A stretch of DNA of 64,000 bases from Octopus sinensis (lineage: Eukaryota). Both the position numbers and the translations under genes were made by a program. Within the stretch, counting starts at the first letter, position 1; every line of letters starts with the position of its first letter. The notes under the pieces were generated by a model. That model saw only the letters and a program-made list of their open reading frames with translations, had not been told where the DNA came from and did no database searches. This document shows, one piece after another, positions 1 to 9,620 of this stretch. The stretch covers positions 31,744,001 to 31,808,000 of the forward strand of contig NC_042999.1 in the NCBI RefSeq assembly GCF_006345805.1, given 5' to 3'.

Positions 1-290
1 CATTCTGCGTAGGATATGGGCAGTTCCCACGAACACTATCGTTTGAATTTCTGCAATGTTGGGGTTATCTATCATGCCTGTTGAGATGCTCTGTAGGCGC
101 AAGAAGACTGCACTGGGAGACAGCATGCTCAATGATTTCAGATTGTTGTTGACATACACGACATGTTGTGCAGCTACCCATCTTTAATATATTGGCCTGG
201 AAGTTTCTTATAGGTAGGCATTGATCTTAGGCTGCTATAATAAACCCTTCTGTTTCTGATTTTAAGCCATATGCCCTTAAGCATTTAAGG
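1..290 (-). mobile_element. R4/Dong-clade retrotransposon C-terminal fragment, divergent subfamily, internally deleted, runs off the window edge
   Basis: Minus strand reads GLKSETEGFIIAA*DQCLPIRNFQANILKMGSCTTCRVCQQQSEIIEHAVSQC..HLNRHDR (CCHC knuckle) and then jumps to GTAHILRR; homologous to but clearly diverged from the 1235-4322 copy. Confidence 0.8.
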
Positions 291-306
291 GTAAGTGCTT
301 AGTTAA

Positions 307-317
307 CAATTATTATT

Positions 318-348
<31 letters not shown>

Positions 349-353
349 TATTA

Positions 354-385
<32 letters not shown>

Positions 386-451
386 TATTATTATTTTTTT
401 ATTATTATTATTAATATCATTAATATTATTATTATTAATGTTATTATTATC

Positions 452-503
<52 letters not shown>

Positions 504-523
504 GTATTAGTATTATTATTATT
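307..523. repeat. (ATT)n microsatellite, imperfect
   Basis: Direct reading. Confidence 0.95.
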
Positions 524-1046
524 GTGTAAGAGAACATTGCAGGCCATCAAAGTGACACTAGGGTAAAATAAACGAAGCCCAGTGTAACCATCACGACTAC
601 CCGTCTGATAAGGGTACACTAGGCACATGCATCACAAACATATGTGCGTGGCATGGTGATCTCATATCAAAATAATGAGCACATGGCCATGAAAATGGGG
701 CCCATCCCGCTCAAAAGGTCCCTGAATAAGGGTTGTTTAAGGATGTTGAACGAAACACCCATGTTTCCAGAGGTGAATTATTAAAACCCCAAAGAATTCC
801 TATCAGCACATGAGTATGAGGCTCCCCCACTACTGCTCGTGATCAGAGATGCACATATCGTCAGCGTCTAATGAACATGCTCAACTGGTTAAGCTAATAA
901 AAAAATGACAAGTAAGTCTTTGGTATTGAGCAGAATATTTGCTGTAGCCCATCTTTTATACCAAGACAAAACAATGTACGTGAAAATACTTCCAATCAGT
1001 TAAGATCAGAAGCGACGGGCGTCACTGCCTTGTACTGCATCAGTGC

Positions 1047-1048
<2 letters not shown>
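524..1048 (-). mobile_element. ~550-nt ORF-less (AAT)n-embedded interspersed element, near full-length copy
   Basis: Reverse complement aligns by eye along its length with 33166-33694 and 16287-16728; flanked on both sides by (ATT)n. Confidence 0.85.
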
Positions 1049-1089
<41 letters not shown>

Positions 1090-1092
<3 letters not shown>

Positions 1093-1168
1093 TAGTTTTA
1101 TTCTTATAGCGTGCTTTCACTTCACTACCGAGCGCAGCTCTGTGTGCCTTGGGTATGTGCTGTGATTT
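1090..1168 (-). mobile_element. Orphan Dong 3' UTR end (extreme 5' truncation or tandem duplication)
   Basis: Near-identical to 1235-1320 (cagtagtttta...gcgtgctttcacttcactaccgagcgcagctctgtgtgccttgggtatgtgctgtgattt), separated from it by (ATT)n. Confidence 0.9.
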
Positions 1169-1182
1169 ATTATTATTATTAA

Positions 1183-1225
<43 letters not shown>

Positions 1226-1337
1226 TTTATTATTCAGTAGTTTTATTTTTATTTTTATAGCGTGCTTTCACTTCACTACCGAGCGCAGCTCTGTGTGCCT
1301 TGGGTATGTGCTGTGATTTGTTGTGATGCTCTGATGG

Positions 1338-1577
1338 TTATTGTATGGAAAGTGTTCTGCGTAGGATGTGTGCAGTGCCTAGTAGTGCAATGTTTTGTAT
1401 GTTATATGTGTTTGTAAGTGTTGGTGTTTTTGTTATGTATTTGTCTGAATATTTTTTTATCATGCCTAATGCACCTACTATGATAGGAATTGTTTCTGTT
1501 TTCAGATTCCACATTCTAGTTACCTCTATTTCCAGGTCTTTGTATTTTGAGAGTTTCTCCATTTCTTTTAGAGACAC
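1338..1577 (-). CDS. C-terminal restriction-like endonuclease segment of copy A (after a -1 frameshift at T7 run 1617-1623)
   Basis: KEMEKLSKYKDLEIEVTRMW...IPIIVGALG...LLGTAHILRR, identical in pattern to the C-terminus of 59378-60064. Confidence 0.9.
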   Translation of the reverse strand: MSLKEMEKLSKYKDLEIEVTRMWNLKTETIPIIVGALGMIKKYSDKYITKTPTLTNTYNIQNIALLGTAHILRRTLSIQ

Positions 1578-1606
1578 GTTGTCATCTGCCGGTACTGATA
1601 CATCAA

Positions 1607-3943
1607 TTAGAAAGCATTTTTTTCTTCATGGTCTCTGACAACTATATCTGGTCTGTTGGCCTTAATTTCTCTATCTGTGTGTATCGGCATATCCCAGAGT
1701 ATGGTTGCTTTCTCGTTTTCTGTGACCTTTTCTGGTGTGTGCCTATACCATCTTTTTTCTGTTGTTATTCCATAATGTTGGCATAGCTTCCAATGTATGC
1801 AAGTTCCAACTCTGTCATGTCTGTGAATATATTCTTTCTTAGCCAGGACTGGGCAGCTAGAGATAATATGATTTATTGTTTCTTGTCCATCTCCACATAT
1901 TCTGCAGTTACTTGTAATATTTCTTTTCATTACATGTTTTTGGTAATTTCTGGTGGGGAGGCTTTGGTCTTGTGCTGCAATTAAAAATCCCTCTGTTTCT
2001 GCTTTGAGTCCTGAGCTTCTCAACCATTGCTGGGATTTTTCTTTGTCTATTTCTTTTGCGTTTAGTTTAGTCCAGTATTTACCATGAAGGGGCTTTTCTT
2101 GCCATCGTTTTATCATGGTTCGTTGCTGTTCTATTTTTAGTTTGGATTTCATTTTTTTTATAGCTTTTGTTGTTTCTTCATCTTCTTCTTCTTCTTCATG
2201 TTTATTAGGTGGTATGATTTCTTGTTTGTATTTGTCAGCTTCCTTAAATACTGAGAACAGTTTTTTGTTTTGCTCGTGTTTTGCCGCTATCTGGATCAGT
2301 TTTCCTTCCTTCTGAAGTAGATATTTTTGCAGTCCCATGGTGGTTATTTTATAGTAGTTTTCCAGCTGTATAAGGCCTCTACCACCTTCTATACGTTGTA
2401 TATATAGTCTTTCTATGTCAGATTTTGGGTGATGCATCCTGGATCCTGTCATTATTTTTCTTGTTTTCCTGTCTATTTTGGTCAGTTCATTTCGTGTCCA
2501 GTTAAGGATATTGTAGCTGTAACTTAGAACTGGGACAGCTAAAGTGTTGATACCTATTGTCTTGTTTTTAGCATTGAGCTCTGTGTTTAGTATTGATCTA
2601 ACTCGTCTATAATATTCTTTTTTTATTTTCTCTTTCATTTGTGTGTGTTGGGTCTTATCTAGTTCATGGATTCCTAAGTATTTGTAAGTTTGGCTTTGGT
2701 CTAATTCTTTTATTTCATTTGCTTCATCTAGTTTGATGTTGTTACTCTTTAGTTTTCCTCTTTTCATGGTTTCTTTGGCGCATTTTTCTAATCCAAATTT
2801 CATATCTATTTCTTTGGTAAATCCATGAACTGTCTTTAATAGTGTTTCCAGCTGTTTGTCATTTGCAGCGTATAGTTTTAGGTCATCCATATATAAAAGG
2901 TGATTGATCGTTTTGCCGTAACATTTATATCCGCATCCAGTTCTATTTAGCATATCAGATAGAGGTGACAGTGCTAAGCAGAAAAGGAGTGGAGAGAGCG
3001 TATCTCCCTGGAATATTCCTCTTCTAATGGGGATGTCTTTGGTTTTCATAAGTCCCTCTTTTGTTTGGAGGTGTAGGACTGTTTGCCATTTATTCATAGA
3101 GTGCTCTATGAATTTTATGATTGTTGGTGCTACTTTGTTAATGGCTAGTGTTTCGAGGATCCATGTGTGGGGGATGCTATCAAACGCCTTTTTGTAGTCA
3201 ATCCAGGCCATACTGAGGCCTTTCTTCTTTCTGTGGCTGTCTTCAGTTATGGCTTTATTAATCATTAGTTGATTTTTACAGCCATATGAGCCTTTGCAGC
3301 ATCCTTTCTGCTCTTCTGGGAACAGGTGCTTGTTCAGCCTTTGTGATATCACTGCAGTAAATGCCTTGAACATAGTAGGGAGGCAGGTTATTGGTCTGTA
3401 GTTTTCTGGTTTTTCTGTTTCATTTGATTTGGGAATTAAGATGGTTTTCCCCTTCGTGAGCCATTCAGGCATTGTCTCTGGCTCTGCTAGTACGTTGTTA
3501 AAGTTTTCAGCCAGCTTTTTGTGCATTCCTGTTAGATATTTCAACCAGAAGTTTGGGATCTTTTCATGCCCAGGTGCCTTCCAGTTGCTTAGTCTTTGCA
3601 GTGCCTGGGTGACCTCTTCAGTTGTTATGGGGGTCCAAGTTTGTTCAGATGCCGAGTTTGTTATTTTGATACTCCTTTTTTTTGGTGGTTCGTTCGCCGA
3701 CCATATTTCTCCCCAGAATTCTTCCAATTCTTCTGCCGTTGGTGCTGCAGTGAGTTCTATTTTATTTTTGCCCAGTTCTTGGTAGAACTTTTTGGGGTCG
3801 GAGTTGAACTTTTTATTCTGTTCAAAGAAGCGTTGGCGTTTCTCGTACCGGCGGATCCTTTGATCTTTGGCAAGGATATCTTGCTTCAGCTTTTCTTTTA
3901 TCTCCGGCAAATCTTTTCCTGTGGTGTTATATTTGCGGAGCAT
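1607..3943 (-). CDS. Reverse transcriptase / zinc knuckle / start of REL endonuclease, R4-Dong type (778 aa segment)
   Basis: RT motifs NWKAPG, PENYRPITCL, WIDYKKAFDSIPH, GIFQGDTLSPLLF, YMDDLKLY, FGLEKC, YKYLG; CRICGDGQETINHIISSC; ILWDMPIHTD..RPDIVV. Confidence 0.95.
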   Translation of the reverse strand: MLRKYNTTGKDLPEIKEKLKQDILAKDQRIRRYEKRQRFFEQNKKFNSDPKKFYQELGKNKIELTAAPTAEELEEFWGEIWSANEPPKKRSIKITNSASEQTWTPITTEEVTQALQRLSNWKAPGHEKIPNFWLKYLTGMHKKLAENFNNVLAEPETMPEWLTKGKTILIPKSNETEKPENYRPITCLPTMFKAFTAVISQRLNKHLFPEEQKGCCKGSYGCKNQLMINKAITEDSHRKKKGLSMAWIDYKKAFDSIPHTWILETLAINKVAPTIIKFIEHSMNKWQTVLHLQTKEGLMKTKDIPIRRGIFQGDTLSPLLFCLALSPLSDMLNRTGCGYKCYGKTINHLLYMDDLKLYAANDKQLETLLKTVHGFTKEIDMKFGLEKCAKETMKRGKLKSNNIKLDEANEIKELDQSQTYKYLGIHELDKTQHTQMKEKIKKEYYRRVRSILNTELNAKNKTIGINTLAVPVLSYSYNILNWTRNELTKIDRKTRKIMTGSRMHHPKSDIERLYIQRIEGGRGLIQLENYYKITTMGLQKYLLQKEGKLIQIAAKHEQNKKLFSVFKEADKYKQEIIPPNKHEEEEEDEETTKAIKKMKSKLKIEQQRTMIKRWQEKPLHGKYWTKLNAKEIDKEKSQQWLRSSGLKAETEGFLIAAQDQSLPTRNYQKHVMKRNITSNCRICGDGQETINHIISSCPVLAKKEYIHRHDRVGTCIHWKLCQHYGITTEKRWYRHTPEKVTENEKATILWDMPIHTDREIKANRPDIVVRDHEEKNAF

Positions 3944-4013
3944 TTTTGTTCTCTTTTTGTTGCTCAGTAGCGTTGCTTGTTTGCTGATTTCATTAAGAAT
4001 CGACAGGTCTTTT

Positions 4014-4277
4014 CTATTTTTTTTTTATTTTGTTTTGGATGTTATTTATCCACAGGGTTTGTTTGGGTGGTGGTACTCCTGTTCGGGCGGGTTTGGGTGA
4101 GTATCCAGCTTCTTTTTTGGCTGCAGTGGCTGCTGCGTATATCAAGTCATTTAGTTCAGTGATATCACTTTTTTTTGTTTCAGTGGCTAGTTCAGTGACG
4201 GCTAGGTTTATGTTGTTTATAATTGGTGTTGTTATTGCGTTTATTTTTATTCTTGGGAGGTATGGTCGGTGGTCCAT
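4014..4277 (-). CDS. N-terminal segment of the copy A ORF (before a +1 frameshift at T10 run 4017-4026)
   Basis: ITELNDLIYAAATA...LWINNIQNKIKK; removing one A joins it in frame to RKDLSILNEISK..MLRKYN of the main ORF. Confidence 0.85.
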   Translation of the reverse strand: MDHRPYLPRIKINAITTPIINNINLAVTELATETKKSDITELNDLIYAAATAAKKEAGYSPKPARTGVPPPKQTLWINNIQNKIKKK

Positions 4278-4327
4278 TTTGAGCTCTGTGGTTTTTAGTT
4301 CTTTGATTATTTTATTTTTTTATATTA

Positions 4328-4407
<80 letters not shown>

Positions 4408-4467
4408 GCTGTTGTTATTATTATTATTATTATTACTACCACTACTACTACTAATACTACTACTATT

Positions 4468-4954
4468 GAGTGAGAGAGCAGCGCATGCCATCCAAGTAAC
4501 ACTGAGGTACAAATATACGAAGCCTAGTATACCCATCATGACTACCCGTCTGATAAGGGTGCACCAGGCACATGCATCACAACCATATGTGCGCGATTTG
4601 ATTTGATATCAAGATAACTAGCACATGATCTTGCAGTTGAGGCCCAGTTAGAATTTCCTTCGGGTAGAGTAGCCCATCCTGCTCAAAAGGTCCCTGAATA
4701 ACGGATGTTTAAAGATGTATAACGAAACACTCATTTGTCCAGGGGTGAATTATTCAAAATCCAAAGAATTCCTGCGCTGCTCTCTCACTCAATAATAATA
4801 ATAATGTTTCCAGAGGTGAATTATTCAAACCCCAAACAATCCCTCCCAACACTTGGCTATGATGCTCCCCCACTACTTCTGCTCGGGATCAGAGACGCAC
4901 ATATCGTCAGCCACTAAGGGACATGCTCAACTGGTTACGATCAAACAACTGACA
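4468..4954 (-). mobile_element. ~550-nt element, 5'-truncated copy with an internal inverted 3'-end insert
   Basis: Aligns to the other copies; 4773-4805 is the element's own 3' end plus (AAT)5 in the opposite orientation. Confidence 0.85.
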
Positions 4955-5016
4955 TTATTATAATTGTTATTATCATTATTAATATTATTAGTATTATTTT
5001 TGTTGTTGTTATTTTT

Positions 5017-5047
<31 letters not shown>

Positions 5048-5459
5048 CAGCATATTTGCATTTTCATTGGTTTAGAAACCGTTTTACTTATTTATTTTTT
5101 CAATTCATAGTCTCCAACATAAAAACGTTTCATTTTAGGAAATCAAATAAGTTTTAGGCTGAGACTAAAAAAGATTCATAGAAAAGAGAACAAAAAAATA
5201 TAATACCAGTTATAGTGACACCCGAGCAACAAGAGCAATATGCAGAGTGTCAGCGTGGACTAAGAGGCATAAGATCGATAAATCCAATCTTTTGGCTCGG
5301 CAGTAATAGCTAAAAAATAGCATCGAAGCACCTCGCTTGCGATTGATTAATTGTTTGAATATACTTGTTAAATTGGTGTTTCGAAGAAAGAGAGTGGCGG
5401 GAAAAGGGCAACAATGTGTTAGTAAAGGGAGGACGAATAATGAGACACAGAATGATACT

Positions 5460-5497
<38 letters not shown>

Positions 5498-6169
5498 CAG
5501 AGAGAGTCAGAGACAGAGAGACGTAGTTAGTTAGAGAAAGAAAGAGAGGGGAAATAAATGATTAAGTGGAAGAGAAGCAGAGCTAACGGTAAGATAAAGA
5601 AGGAAAATCGTTATAATGTGTGAAACTGTAAAAAATGATTTCGGAAAAAAGTATGGAGTGTATCAACGTTACAGAACATAATATAACATAATACATATAA
5701 AATATAAAATTGTATAACATAATATGGTATAATAAAAAAAAAACGTAAAAATGTGATTCAGTGCGGTTTACACGGGAAACAAATTTGGCCCCCGAATGGG
5801 TATTAGGTTGAAAACGAATGTCAAAGATGAGAGAGAAAAAAATAGGAGGTGAGAGATTGGTACAGATTGTCACCGTGTATGTTCATATGCGACTGTGCGA
5901 GTATGTGTAAGAGTGCAGTTTGTGAATCTTAAACAGGCACAGATATATCGCTGGGAAGTAAATAACATTGTGCGTCTATATGTGTGTGTGCGTGTGTGCT
6001 TGTGTGTGTGCGTGTGTGCGTGTGTTCGTGGGTGAGTGTATGTATGCAAAGAAGCATCCTTCGTATATGTACATTCAGATATTAAAATTTTAAATATCGT
6101 ATAACATACATCATTAGAATGAAAAATATAACCCATAATCTTTCTTTCACTTCATAATGCACTTGCCCC

Positions 6170-6221
6170 ACACAGATAGATAGATAGAGAGAGAGAGAAT
6201 TTAAACATAAGTAGATGTGTA

Positions 6222-6265
<44 letters not shown>

Positions 6266-6311
6266 CATATACACATATACACACAGACACACAGACTCAC
6301 AAACAAACATA

Positions 6312-6386
<75 letters not shown>

Positions 6387-6433
6387 TGCACAGATAGATA
6401 TAGATAGATATAGATAGATACATAGATAGATAC

Positions 6434-6515
<82 letters not shown>
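6170..6515. repeat. Compound (AT)n/(GATA)n microsatellite
   Basis: Direct reading. Confidence 0.95.
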
Positions 6516-6669
6516 GAATGCGACAAGTTTTATTCAGTTTCCGTCAATATATCAACAGAGACGGTTTTGGTGACCTCGAGGCTATGGTAGGAGTCACTTA
6601 TTGAAAGTCCCACGCAGTGGGACGGGACCCGAACATATTATATGAGTGTGTTTCTGTGTGCATGTGTGT

Positions 6670-7200
6670 GTGCGCACGCAAAAACTTTATTCCAGGCCAT
6701 CAGCATCAGTTCAAATTTTCCCTCGTTTTATTGCATGTTATTGTCTGGAGTTCAGTTCGCTTTTCTCAATTGATCAATTTCTGGAGCTTGTAGTCATCAG
6801 TGCATATTTTCATTTTGCTATAATTTATAATCCTGGAAAGGTCTTTTCATAGACTATGAACTGAAGTAGACTCAAGACCAAGATGACTGACTGGGATAAG
6901 AGATGTTTTTGTATATAACCTGAGTCTAAATAATTACTCCAGGGGCGGTTTAGAAGGACTGAAAGTTTTTGTCTACATTCCTTCTAGAGATTAGCGGGGA
7001 GTCTATCAAGGCTTACAAGAGAATAGTATTTGAATTCATTTAATACTTCTATGATGTTTGAAGCAGTAAAGCTTGTGTCCGAGATTAAATGTTGAGGATC
7101 GACCTCGTTCACCTCCCTTGCGTCAATGTCAGTGGGTTCACTGAAGACAGAGCAGTATTGTTTCTGAAGTACTCATGCCATCCTGCTGGAGACTGCTGCT
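6670..7200 (-). mobile_element. Possible decayed CR1/L2-type RT relic
   Basis: Minus strand around 6780-6840 reads LSRIINYSKMKICTDDYKL, resembling the xADDTKL motif C; heavily degenerate. Confidence 0.3.
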
Positions 7201-7435
7201 ATCATTAGTCAGTAGATCATCGGGTGAAACAACGGTCCTATGTTTATTGGCAAATTAATGGAACACTTTGGGATTCTCTTTGATTTTTTGATTACCCTCT
7301 GCTTCTCTGGAGCCCTTTTATATTCAATGCCGGTTTTCATATATAAACACATATCTGTATTTCTGTGCGTAAATACTGCAACATATCTACATATGTATGT
7401 ATACAAATCACGCATTTTTCTCTGAGCACACACAC

Positions 7436-7488
<53 letters not shown>

Positions 7489-7538
7489 TACACAAAGAGA
7501 GAAACACACACACAGAAACACACACAAAAACATATGAT

Positions 7539-7960
7539 TATTGGAAGATCCCATAAATAATGCGGGTCTTTTAATACTTCTTTTTTTTCAAAATTAACAT
7601 AAACAAATTTCGTTCTTAATCTAAAATATACTCTCCTACATTTTCCACAATGTTCTTCCATCTATCTGATATACTTGCAAGGTCCATCATCGAAAGTTCA
7701 CCTATTCGTGACGAATAATACTCCTCCAGTACTATTCTGACCTCGTCTAACGAATTCATACCATTTCTGTCGAAATGATTTCGAAGACAGCAGAATAAAT
7801 TATATTCAGATGGGGCAATATCCGCCAAATATGATGGGTAGAGCATCCTTTCCCATTCAAACTGATCCAGCATTTGAAAAGGTCATCCTTGCTCTATATG
7901 GCTGACATTTATGCTGATAGAAGAGCACCTATAAGTGATGACGAATTATGTACACTATTT
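7539..7960 (-). mobile_element. Mariner transposon 3' fragment
   Basis: TIR-like tattggaagatcccataaataatgcgg at 7539; ORF 7616-7873 LYPSYLADIAPSEYNLF matches the mariner HPPYSPDLAPSDYHLF motif. Confidence 0.85.
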
Positions 7961-8070
7961 ACATTTGACTGATATTTGTCATCATCTTCTTTTCTGTTAA
8001 CCCTCCATATTTCTTCAGTCGTCTCGGGGAAATTTCGAATCAGACTTCGCCTTCCTAAGGTATGTTTTGG

Positions 8071-8175
8071 TGTTATTAGTATTAATATTATTATTGGTAT
8101 TGTTCAGGTCATTGGAATCGAACTCGGAATCTTGGAGTTGGTAGCGCGCGCTCTTAACCACAACGCCATAAGCCC
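8071..8175 (-). mobile_element. Short tRNA-derived SINE-like element with CTG(AAT)n-type tail
   Basis: Minus strand: A-box-like TGGCGTTGTGG, B-box GAGTTCGATTCC (8114-8125), then GACCTGAACAATACCAATAATAAT; T-stem mismatched so not a functional tRNA. Confidence 0.7.
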
Positions 8176-8773
8176 GTGGGAGTTATGGAGTGAATTTAAG
8201 GGCTTATAAATCTAATTATTTCGTATCCTTCCTTCTTACCTGTATTAAAGAAGGATAGAAAAATATTATATATATATATACAGAGAGAGAGAGACAGAGA
8301 GAGAGAGATGTATTTACATATATATATATACATATACATATATATATATATATATCGACAGATATGTAATAATCTACATATGGAAAACTCCAGAAGGGCT
8401 AGTACGTAATTCCTTTATTGATATACAGATGCCAAAATTGGACGCCATTGTACTATTCGAAATGTACCATTCGCTCTATCTAAATTCAGAACGCGTTACT
8501 TCAATAGTGTAGGGTTCAAACTCCCGCAAGAAAAATCTTTAATCTGCATATATGGAAGTAGATGTCTGGACACACTTTTTACACCCATGTACATATTCCA
8601 TCTGCCTCTGTTGGCAAACTACTCAGTTGTGTGTACTGAACCACACCGATAGCGGTTGCCAACGGGTGAAGGAGTGACAAACACATTTACAATGATAATC
8701 AGACACAGAAATATACCCTCATACACTCATAAACACAAAAAAGAATATATAAACACACACACACACACACATA

Positions 8774-9620
8774 CAAGGTCTGTTCAATAAGTATCAAGAC
8801 TGGTGGCATTGTGACCAATCTAAAGCACACAAACTGAAGCCGCTTAGCAAAGATTGACTTTGAACTCTGCAGTACATACATGCGCGAGTTTTAACTTCTG
8901 TTTAGAGCAGTGCTTACAAGGTACGTGTGTAGCCTGTGTTCGTCGCATTCACCATGAGAGAGCAAGTTCTCAGACTGATACTTACTCAAAGGCGAACGGA
9001 AACTTGTAGAATGTGTATGGAGAGCTGTTTATGTGCCGCACACAAGCGTACCAGTGGTTCCAAGATGACCGAAATATGTCGACATTGCCAAACGTCCTGG
9101 GTGACCCGCAACCAGCGGAACTGAGAAAAACATTACAGATATGCGTATTGCTGGGAGAGGAAATAATCCCATCACCATCAGTGAGTTACCAGAGAATGTG
9201 AAAATTAGTTAAGCTCAGTTCATTATCACTGAAGAAGTGTGGTATGAGACACGTGCCTCCCAATTTTCTGTCAAAATTGCTTTCAGCTGATCAGAAAGGC
9301 AATCAGGTTCCAGTTGCACAAGATCTCTTTGATTCTGTTGAGAACGATGAACATTTTTCAAACCTTGTGATGGTCCCTGAACAGGTTTTGCCAAGTTTCC
9401 GAAGAGGATTCTCTGCGCAGATGTCTGTCATTGCCAATGCGACAACCACACCCTACACACGTTCCTTCCAAGCGCTGCTGTAAACAGAAGCAGTGAACTA
9501 GAGAGCCAAAGCTTAATGCGCAAACACAGCAGTATTCACCGCCAATATGTGCCAAATGGTTTCATTCTACCTGCTTTAGCTTCGTTACTACGTCAACTGT
9601 TGATTTTTGATCAGACCACG
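8774..9620 (+). mobile_element. Mariner transposon, internally deleted, both TIRs and TA flanks
   Basis: TA|caaggtctgttcaataagtatc ... gatttttgatcagaccacg|TA; relic peptides YGELFMCRTQAYQWFQD and KLLSADQKGNQVPVAQDLFDSVEND. Confidence 0.85.

Larger units (their letters stand above)
1235..4322 (-). mobile_element. R4/Dong-clade non-LTR retrotransposon copy A, 5'-truncated, nearly intact ORF
   Basis: Single long ORF in three frame segments with RT, CCHC knuckle and REL domains; 3' UTR ends ACTACTG(AAT)n; both flanks are (AAT)n on the sense strand. Confidence 0.95.

Noticed and set aside
380-628. Poly-N/I/L/YI ORFs throughout the ORF track
   Set aside because: Translations of (AAT)n, (AT)n, (GT)n and (CTT)n microsatellites
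1345-1638. Recurrent antisense ORFs (MESVLRRMCAVPSS..., MVRCCSIFSLDF...)
   Set aside because: Shadow frames of the Dong ORF that recur only because the element is repeated
4530-4570. Hammerhead or HDV-like ribozyme inside the 550-nt element (CTGATAAG, CTGAATAAG)
   Set aside because: G8 of CUGANGA is absent and no correctly placed GAAA/stem II or nested pseudoknot could be built
4277-4954. 550-nt element as the 5' UTR of Dong copy A
   Set aside because: It is separated by a long microsatellite, has its own (AAT)n tail, usually lies downstream of Dong 3' ends, and copy A appears truncated within its ORF; not fully excluded without a full-length Dong
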